This document shows positions 56,428 through 64,000 of a stretch of DNA of 64,000 bases, piece by piece. Each line of letters opens with the position of its first letter. The first letter of the stretch is position 1. The DNA lies in contig JBKBRE010000021.1 of NCBI GenBank assembly GCA_046292265.1, positions 2,452 through 66,451 on the forward strand, written 5' to 3'. The DNA comes from Pseudolabrys sp. GTDB taxonomy: Bacteria; Pseudomonadota; Alphaproteobacteria; Rhizobiales; Xanthobacteraceae. The notes beneath the pieces were generated by a model, which ran no database searches, was not told the origin of the DNA, and saw only the letters and a program-made list of their open reading frames with translations. A program made the translations under genes and the position numbers.

Positions 56428-56979
56428 ATGCTGCGTCTTGCCGCCACGCTCGTTGTCGCCCTCGTCGTCGCCGCGGCGGCGCCTCCGGCGCGCGCGCAGG
56501 TCCTCGTCACCGTGGACAAGACTGCGCAACGGCTGACCGTCGAGGTCGACGGCATGACGCGCTACCAATGGCCCGTCTCGACGGCGCGCTGGGGCTATCG
56601 CACACCGAACGGCACCTACCGGCCGCAGTGGCTGGCGCGCCGATGGTTCTCGACCATCTACGACGGCTCGCCAATGCCTTATTCGATCTTCTTCAACGGC
56701 GGCTATGCCATCCACGGCAGCTACGAGGTCTCGCGGCTCGGCCGCCCGGCCTCGCACGGCTGCATCCGCCTGCATCCGAGCAACGCGGCTGTCCTGTTCG
56801 GGCTGGTGCAGGCCAACATGAAGCGCACCCGCATCGTCGTGACCGGGGCGGGGCCGGAGCGGCGGGCGCCGGTGCAGGCCGCGCCGGAGCGGCGGCGGGC
56901 GCCGCGCGACCGGCCGGGGCCGGACAGTTTCGAGGAAATCTTCATCCCGCCGGCGGCCTATCGCGGCGGCATGCGCTGA
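56428..56979 (+). CDS. L,D-transpeptidase
   Basis: [28 protein letters not shown] motifs. Confidence 0.88.
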   Translation: MLRLAATLVVALVVAAAAPPARAQVLVTVDKTAQRLTVEVDGMTRYQWPVSTARWGYRTPNGTYRPQWLARRWFSTIYDGSPMPYSIFFNGGYAIHGSYEVSRLGRPASHGCIRLHPSNAAVLFGLVQANMKRTRIVVTGAGPERRAPVQAAPERRRAPRDRPGPDSFEEIFIPPAAYRGGMR

Positions 56980-57051
56980 GCCCGGCGCGGCGCCCGGGCC
57001 AGCCCGCGCCCCATGCCCGGCACGGTCGGATGCGGCCCGCCTTGAAAAACT

Positions 57052-57071
57052 ACATAAAGAAATCTTTATAT
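57052..57071. promoter_or_regulatory. SahR-like operator ACATAAAGAAATCTTTATAT
   Basis: 20-bp near-palindrome upstream of ahcY, between TTGAAA (57042) and an AT-rich -10 region. Confidence 0.7.
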
Positions 57072-57151
57072 ATGCATTGCGGCAGGCGGCGGGGCCTGTT
57101 ATAGGCACCGCCAGTCAATCCATCCCGTTTCAGCGCCTTCAAAGGATCGTC

Positions 57152-58579
<1,428 letters not shown>

Positions 58580-58601
58580 GCGGCGCAGGTTTCGAAACGA
58601 G

Positions 58602-58637
58602 AATGGCCGGGCATTTTGTCCCGGCCATTTTGTTTTC
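58602..58637 (+). terminator. Intrinsic terminator of ahcY
   Basis: aatggccggg-N8-cccggccatt followed by ttgttttc. Confidence 0.7.
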
Positions 58638-58641
58638 TGGG

Positions 58642-58756
58642 TCGTCATCCTGAGGTGCGAGCGCGACTTCGCGCGAGCCTCGAAGGATGACGGAGGAAGC
58701 GCTCGGGCCGTCGCCCTTCGAGGCCCGGCCTGCGGCCGGGCGCCTCAGGGTGACGG
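58642..58756. repeat. Palindromic repeat family A, copy 5 (inverted)
   Basis: cgtcatcctgagg...cctcagggtgacgg. Confidence 0.87.
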
Positions 58757-58774
58757 ATCGAGGTTGCCCGCGGG

Positions 58775-60454
58775 CTATTTCCCGCCCGCCTCGATAAATT
58801 TCACCCGCCCGTCCTTCTCCGGCTTGATGCCGCCTTTGGCGGCGCGGATGGCGGCTTCCGCCAGCCGGCTCATCAGCAGAGCCGGCTTGTTGCCGGTCTC
58901 GTAGGGCCTGGCTTCCAGCTCCGCCATGCAATTCGCGCCCACCGGGAACGGATATTTGTCGCCGCCGCACAGCAGGTAAGGCACCGCGGCGACCTTGATC
59001 GGCGTGTCGCTGTCGCACGTGACGCCCGGCTTGCCGGTGAACGTTTTCACCGCCGCCTTCTCGTAGTTGTCGCCCGCGCGCGTCACCTCCACCGTGACGC
59101 CGCCGAGATGCGGCCAGGCGCCGGTGCCCTGAAGGACCAGGCCATGCTCGATCGTCTTGCAGACCGTCTTCGCCGGGTACGAGCGCACGGCCACCACGTC
59201 GTCGAAACGGAAGATGTCGACGACATGCCTGACGCTTAGGCGCGTGCCGGGCGCGAGGTCCTCGTTCAGCCCGAGGATGCCGGAATTGACGATTGCCACG
59301 TCGGCCTTGGTCTCGCGCAGCATCGCGTCCGCCAGCCAGTCGCCGAAGCCGGTCTCCTGGCTGCGGTTGGGCGTCTCCTCGAGCTCGATCAGCGAGCGCG
59401 TGCGCCCGACTATCGTGTTGAGGCAGCCGGGCTTGACGCGCTGCCCTTTCTTGGCGCGGCCGAGGCAGATCTTTTCCTCGGCCAGGGCGGTCCAGGCTTT
59501 CGCCAGGCGCGTGAGATTCGGATCGGGAATGACCTTGCTGTCGAGCGTCATCAGCCTGGCGGTCACGCGCGGTCTTGCGCCCGCGGGGACATGCACGTCG
59601 ATGCGCCAGGCCGTGCGCGCATCGGAGTCCGCCTTGAACCCGCGCGCGACGCCTTGTCCGTCCTTGAGCGTCATGTGGGTGTGATCGTGCCCGCCGACCA
59701 GGAGATCGAGCCCGGCCGGCGCCAGCTCCTTGAGCAACGCCTCGTCGTCCTCGCGCGGCAAATGCGTGAGCGCGACGATCAGCTCGGCGCCGGCCTTGCG
59801 CAGAGTGTCGATGCTGCGCTTGGCCGCCGGCAGCGATTCGTCGAACGGCGGATATTTCGACTTGTCCGCCGTGTCGGGCGTGAGGCCGATGCCGAACAGG
59901 CCGACCTTCACGCCGTCGGCCTCGATGACGACACCGTCCTTCTTCACATTCTTGCGGCTCAGCATCCAGTTCATGCTCGGGCAGTTCGGGAAATCCAGGT
60001 TGGCCGCCAGCCAGGTGAACTGCGATTCGGCCACGCGCGCGTTGAGCGGCGCGTCCGGCCTGTTGCAGGTCGACTCGTCGAACTCGTGATTGCCGAAGGC
60101 GACGAACATGCGCGCGTCGAAGGCGTTGGCGTCGCCGTCCAGGTTGTTCAGGACGTCGATCATCTGCGCGCCCTTGAACATCCGGCTGACCAGCGACGGC
60201 GACAGGAAATCGCCGGCGTGCAGCAGGATGGCGTTCGGCGCATCGCGCTCGATCGCCCTGCGCAGGGTGCGCACGCGGGTGAGGCCGCCGCTGGTGTTAT
60301 CCGCGACGCCCTCCAGCCGGTAAATGTCGTTGATCGCCAGGAAGGTGACGGTGCGCGGCTCGCGGGCAAAGGAAGCCGGCGCGAGGCCCGCGACCAGCGC
60401 GAGGACGAGCGCACCGGCGCCCAAGATCGTCCAGGCTTTCAAGCGGCTTGTCAT
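58775..60454 (-). CDS. Secreted 5'-nucleotidase / UshA-like metallophosphoesterase
   Basis: Signal peptide, NDIY, GDFLSPS, GNHEFD, GGHDH motifs, C-terminal 5'-nucleotidase-like domain; SD GGAGGAGG. Confidence 0.82.
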   Translation of the reverse strand: MTSRLKAWTILGAGALVLALVAGLAPASFAREPRTVTFLAINDIYRLEGVADNTSGGLTRVRTLRRAIERDAPNAILLHAGDFLSPSLVSRMFKGAQMIDVLNNLDGDANAFDARMFVAFGNHEFDESTCNRPDAPLNARVAESQFTWLAANLDFPNCPSMNWMLSRKNVKKDGVVIEADGVKVGLFGIGLTPDTADKSKYPPFDESLPAAKRSIDTLRKAGAELIVALTHLPREDDEALLKELAPAGLDLLVGGHDHTHMTLKDGQGVARGFKADSDARTAWRIDVHVPAGARPRVTARLMTLDSKVIPDPNLTRLAKAWTALAEEKICLGRAKKGQRVKPGCLNTIVGRTRSLIELEETPNRSQETGFGDWLADAMLRETKADVAIVNSGILGLNEDLAPGTRLSVRHVVDIFRFDDVVAVRSYPAKTVCKTIEHGLVLQGTGAWPHLGGVTVEVTRAGDNYEKAAVKTFTGKPGVTCDSDTPIKVAAVPYLLCGGDKYPFPVGANCMAELEARPYETGNKPALLMSRLAEAAIRAAKGGIKPEKDGRVKFIEAGGK

Positions 60455-60596
60455 CGGCGTTTCCTCCTCCCGGCCTGCTTTGCCCGCACTATAGCCGCAG
60501 CCCGCGGCCGCGCCACGCATGCCGCCCGGCGGATTGTCTTACCACTGCATCCGATCCCCGGCGGCGGGTGGTACGTAAATTTCCGGAGCAAACGAT

Positions 60597-60610
60597 TTGA
60601 CCGGGATCAA
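60597..60610. promoter_or_regulatory. FixK/Fnr-like box TTGAC-CGGG-ATCAA
   Basis: One mismatch to consensus; 57 nt upstream of the small ORF at 60668. Confidence 0.52.
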
Positions 60611-60667
60611 CTGCAGGGAACCCGTCCCGCTTCATTGATGTTGTCACGGCGAGGATAGGAGGGCGTC

Positions 60668-60799
60668 ATGAAGCAGAGAGCAGCACGTGCCGTCGCGCGG
60701 CGCACGGAACTGAGTTCGCATGAATTTGTCGGCCTGTGCGGCACCGCGATGTGGGGCCTCGCGCTGGCCTATCTGCTGGTGACCTTCCAGGTCTACTAG
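60668..60799 (+). CDS. Putative 43-aa small membrane protein
   Basis: SD AGGAGG; MKQRAARAVARRTELSSHEFVGLCGTAMWGLALAYLLVTFQVY has a basic N-terminus and a C-terminal TM helix. Confidence 0.58.
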   Translation: MKQRAARAVARRTELSSHEFVGLCGTAMWGLALAYLLVTFQVY

Positions 60800-60803
60800 A
60801 CTT

Positions 60804-62315
60804 TCAAGGCCGCGGCGGCACGACCACGATCGTGTAGCGCTGCGGCTCGCCGAGCGTGCGCATGAAGCCGCGCACGATCGTGCTCTCGATCACCCGGCCG
60901 CCCGGCTGCGCCGAAGCCTTCGCCTTGCAGCCCGCATCTTCCGCAAAGCAGACCCATACCGAACCGCCGCGCGCGAGCGCCGCCGCCGGCGGTGGCGGCA
61001 TGTCGGTGAGCGCGCGCGGGCGCTGCGCCGAATAGGTGGCGACGGCATAGGCGAGGTCGGCGTTGCCGCCGACAAAATGCAGCGGCGCCGGCGTCACCTG
61101 ATACCAGGCCTGCTCCACCTGCCGCGCCAGCACATCGCCTTGCGCCGAGGCCGGCAGCGGCTTGTTGCGGTGGGCGATGTAAGCAATCAGCGGCGAGGCG
61201 ATGAGCATGATCAGCGGCAGCGCGACCGCGGCGATCAGCAGCGCGCGCGTCCCGGCCGGACGCAGCTCCACCTGCGGCGAGGACAAGAGCAGCACCGGCA
61301 GCAGCGCGAAGGCCGGCATCGACCACAGCGAGGTGATCTCGCTCCGGCCGGCGAGCGCGCCGGCGACCGGCATGAGGAGCGGCAGCCAGAAGGCAAGCGC
61401 CACGAGCCGCCGCTCGTCGTCGCGCGGCCAGGCGATGTCGGCGAGCGCGGCCGGCCGCGCGCGCACCAGCGCCACGGTCACGATCGCCGGCACGGCGACA
61501 TAGGCGAGCGAGCCGGCGAGATAGCCGACGATGCTTTTCAGCGTGGTGAGGACCGCCTTCTCGCCATGGACGGCCACGGCATAGCCGAACGGCGCGAAGT
61601 CGTGCTGCATCAGCCAATAGATGTGCGGCGCCAGCGCCAGCGCGCCCACGGCCACCGTGATCCACGGCGCCGGCGAGCGGAAGTAGTCCATCCGCCGTTT
61701 GTCGGCGAGCGCCGCCAGCGCGAGGCCGGCGAGCAGGAACACCGACCAGTACTTGCCGTACATGCTGGCCGCCGCCGCGAGTCCGGCCAGCGCCGCCCAG
61801 AGCGGCTGCCGCGTACGGTACGAGCGCAGGAAGGCGAGGGCGGTCGCCGCCCACAGCGGCAGCAGCACTGTATTCACGTTGAACTTGAGCGCATGGAAAT
61901 TGAAGAACGGCACCAGCATCAGCAGCGCCAGCCCTGCCACCCGCTTGTCGGCGTCGAGGTGGTCGGCCGCCAGCCGCCAGGCGAGCCACAGGGCCAGCGC
62001 CGGCATCAGCATGGCGAGCAGGTAGTAGGACCACTCGTCGACCGGCAGGAACGAGAACCAGCCGGCGACCAGCCAGGCGGCCAGCGGCGGGTGCTTGAAA
62101 TATCCGAGCGCGGGGTCGCGCGACCAGGCCACCAGCTCGGTCATGTCGGGGTGGAGGCCCTGCGGCGCCTTGGAGATGGCGGCGTAAGTCGCCCACACCA
62201 GCGCATAGGCGGCGAGCAGCCACACGACGCTGCGCTCCCGCCGCGCCGGATCGGTGAGCGCGGCGGTGAGCCGCGCGGCCGCGCGGTCGATGGCCTGGAG
62301 GGGGGCAAACGGCAT
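60804..62315 (-). CDS. Glycosyltransferase family 39 / ArnT-like membrane glycosyltransferase
   Basis: DMTE, YFKHPPL, KFNVN, GKYW, PHIYWL motifs; multi-TM. Confidence 0.82.
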   Translation of the reverse strand: MPFAPLQAIDRAAARLTAALTDPARRERSVVWLLAAYALVWATYAAISKAPQGLHPDMTELVAWSRDPALGYFKHPPLAAWLVAGWFSFLPVDEWSYYLLAMLMPALALWLAWRLAADHLDADKRVAGLALLMLVPFFNFHALKFNVNTVLLPLWAATALAFLRSYRTRQPLWAALAGLAAAASMYGKYWSVFLLAGLALAALADKRRMDYFRSPAPWITVAVGALALAPHIYWLMQHDFAPFGYAVAVHGEKAVLTTLKSIVGYLAGSLAYVAVPAIVTVALVRARPAALADIAWPRDDERRLVALAFWLPLLMPVAGALAGRSEITSLWSMPAFALLPVLLLSSPQVELRPAGTRALLIAAVALPLIMLIASPLIAYIAHRNKPLPASAQGDVLARQVEQAWYQVTPAPLHFVGGNADLAYAVATYSAQRPRALTDMPPPPAAALARGGSVWVCFAEDAGCKAKASAQPGGRVIESTIVRGFMRTLGEPQRYTIVVVPPRP

Positions 62316-62361
62316 GGATGGCAGCTATCGCATGCAGGGGCTGGATTCGTCCAACTTCTCC

Positions 62362-62495
62362 CCGTCACCCTGAGGAGGCCGTACCCGAGTCGGCTATAGC
62401 TGACTTGGGTACGGCCCTCGAAGGGTCTGGACCTTAGTGGCGACGTCCAGGTCCTCGAGGCCCGCGCGTTCCGCGCGGGCGCCTCAGGACGATGG
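62362..62495. repeat. Palindromic repeat family A, copy 6 (variant with extra internal hairpin)
   Basis: ccgtcaccctgagg...cctcaggacgatgg. Confidence 0.8.
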
Positions 62496-62540
62496 GAGAC
62501 GCTGCTTGAACCCCCATCCCCCCGGTGTTATCTCGCGCCC

Positions 62541-64000
62541 ATGACGGCCGTTCCCATCAAGAATATCCGCAATTTCTCCATCGTCGCGCATATCGACCAT
62601 GGCAAGTCGACGCTCGCCGACCGGCTGATCCAGCTCACCGGCGGGCTCGACGCGCGCGAAATGGCGGGCAAGGAGCAGATCCTCGACTCGATGGACATCG
62701 AGCGCGAGCGCGGCATCACCATCAAGGCGCAGACGGTGCGCCTGAAATACCGCGCCAAGGACGGCCAGGACTACATCCTCAACCTGATCGACACCCCCGG
62801 CCACGTCGACTTCGCCTATGAGGTCAACCGCTCGCTCGCCGCCTGCGAGGGCTCGCTGCTGGTGGTCGACGCCTCGCAGGGCGTCGAGGCGCAGACGCTG
62901 GCCAACGTCTACCAGGCGATCGACAACAACCACGAGATCGTCCCGGTCCTCAACAAGATCGACCTGCCGGCGGCCGAGCCGGAGAAGGTCAAGCAGCAGA
63001 TCGAGGACGTGATCGGGCTGGACGCTTCCGGCGCCATCGGCATCTCGGCCAAGACCGGCCTCAACATCGACCAGGTGCTGGAGGCCATCGTCACCAAGCT
63101 GCCGCCGCCGAAGGGCGACCGCGACGCGCCGCTCAAGGCGCTGCTGGTCGATTCTTGGTACGACGTCTATCTCGGCGTGGTCGTGCTGGTGCGCATCGTC
63201 GACGGCGTGCTCAAGAAGGACATGCGCATCCGCATGATGGGCACCAACGCGGCCTATGACGTCGACCGCACCGGCGTGTTCACGCCGAAGCTCACGATGA
63301 CCGACGAACTCGGTCCCGGCGAGATCGGCATGCTCACCGCCTCGATCAAGGAAGTGGCCGACACGCGCGTCGGCGACACCATCACCGACGACAAGAAGCC
63401 GGTCACGGAACCGCTGCCCGGCTTCCGCCCGGCCATTCCCGTGGTGTTCTGCGGCCTGTTCCCGGTCGACGCCGCGCAGTTCGAGGACCTGCGCGCGGCG
63501 ATGGGCAAGCTGCGCCTCAACGACGCCAGCTTCACCTACGAGATGGAGACGTCGGCCGCGCTCGGCTTCGGCTTCCGCTGCGGCTTCCTCGGCCTGTTGC
63601 ACCTCGAGATCATCCAGGAGCGGTTGTCGCGCGAGTTCAACCTCGACCTGATCGCGACCGCGCCGTCGGTCATCTACAAGATCAAGACCACGAGCGGCGA
63701 AGAGCTCGAGATCCACAATCCGGTCGACATGCCGGACCCCAACCACATCGAAGAGATGCAGGAGCCGTGGATCGAGGCGACGATCCTCACGCCCGACGAA
63801 TATCTCGGCGCCGTGCTCAAGCTCTGCCAGGATCGCCGCGGCGCGCAGAAGGAACTCACTTACGTCGGCAACCGCGCGCTGGTGAAATACGACCTGCCGC
63901 TCAACGAGGTGGTGTTCGACTTCTACGACCGGCTCAAGTCGGTGTCGCGCGGCTACGCCTCGTTCGACTATCACCTGACCGACTACAAGCCGGCCGATCT
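62541..64000 (+). CDS. lepA: Translation elongation factor 4 (partial, runs off window)
   Basis: Manual translation [29 protein letters not shown]...[14 protein letters not shown]...DTPGHVDF...[14 protein letters not shown]. Not in the ORF track. Confidence 0.97.
   Translation, partial: MTAVPIKNIRNFSIVAHIDHGKSTLADRLIQLTGGLDAREMAGKEQILDSMDIERERGITIKAQTVRLKYRAKDGQDYILNLIDTPGHVDFAYEVNRSLAACEGSLLVVDASQGVEAQTLANVYQAIDNNHEIVPVLNKIDLPAAEPEKVKQQIEDVIGLDASGAIGISAKTGLNIDQVLEAIVTKLPPPKGDRDAPLKALLVDSWYDVYLGVVVLVRIVDGVLKKDMRIRMMGTNAAYDVDRTGVFTPKLTMTDELGPGEIGMLTASIKEVADTRVGDTITDDKKPVTEPLPGFRPAIPVVFCGLFPVDAAQFEDLRAAMGKLRLNDASFTYEMETSAALGFGFRCGFLGLLHLEIIQERLSREFNLDLIATAPSVIYKIKTTSGEELEIHNPVDMPDPNHIEEMQEPWIEATILTPDEYLGAVLKLCQDRRGAQKELTYVGNRALVKYDLPLNEVVFDFYDRLKSVSRGYASFDYHLTDYKPAD

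Noticed and set aside
56980-57151. SAH or SAM riboswitch upstream of ahcY
   Set aside because: No recognisable aptamer consensus by eye; an operator-like palindrome explains the region. An Rfam scan would be decisive.

Overview
GC-rich alphaproteobacterial (Hyphomicrobiales-like) chromosomal segment of about 50 genes. I saw no rRNA, tRNA, CRISPR, prophage or transposase. In order: a nadC-like gene with Mo-hydroxylase medium and large subunit genes, divergent from a TAXI-TRAP transporter; a radical SAM gene whose cluster motif lacks its first Cys; a flavin amine oxidase; a PIG-L-like deacetylase next to a NagX/HGSNAT-like membrane protein; a 7-gene catabolic operon (FAD oxidoreductase, SDR, DUF1932 dehydrogenase, PaaG-like, ACMSD-like decarboxylase, VOC extradiol dioxygenase, NadX) divergent from a Liv-type ABC importer; an ECF sigma/anti-sigma/periplasmic sensor cassette leading into OMF-mdtABC; panE-like, CMD, three L,D-transpeptidases, mepA, an MhpA-like hydroxylase, an LLM monooxygenase, a PAS-MCP, GlcG, an orphan Mo-hydroxylase large subunit, Bug/cupin, CAP, GMC, AceE/MdeB-type E1 with Lrp, an FAH-family gene, ahcY, a 5'-nucleotidase, GT39 and lepA (partial). 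Non-coding DNA carries about 16 palindromic REP/RIME-like elements in four families, three FixK/Fnr-like boxes, CtrA-like boxes and a SahR-like operator. Three small ORFs with strong SD sequences are present; two are absent from the ORF track and the third appears there only inside a longer ORF. Start codons were re-picked by eye; functional calls are motif-based without database searches.
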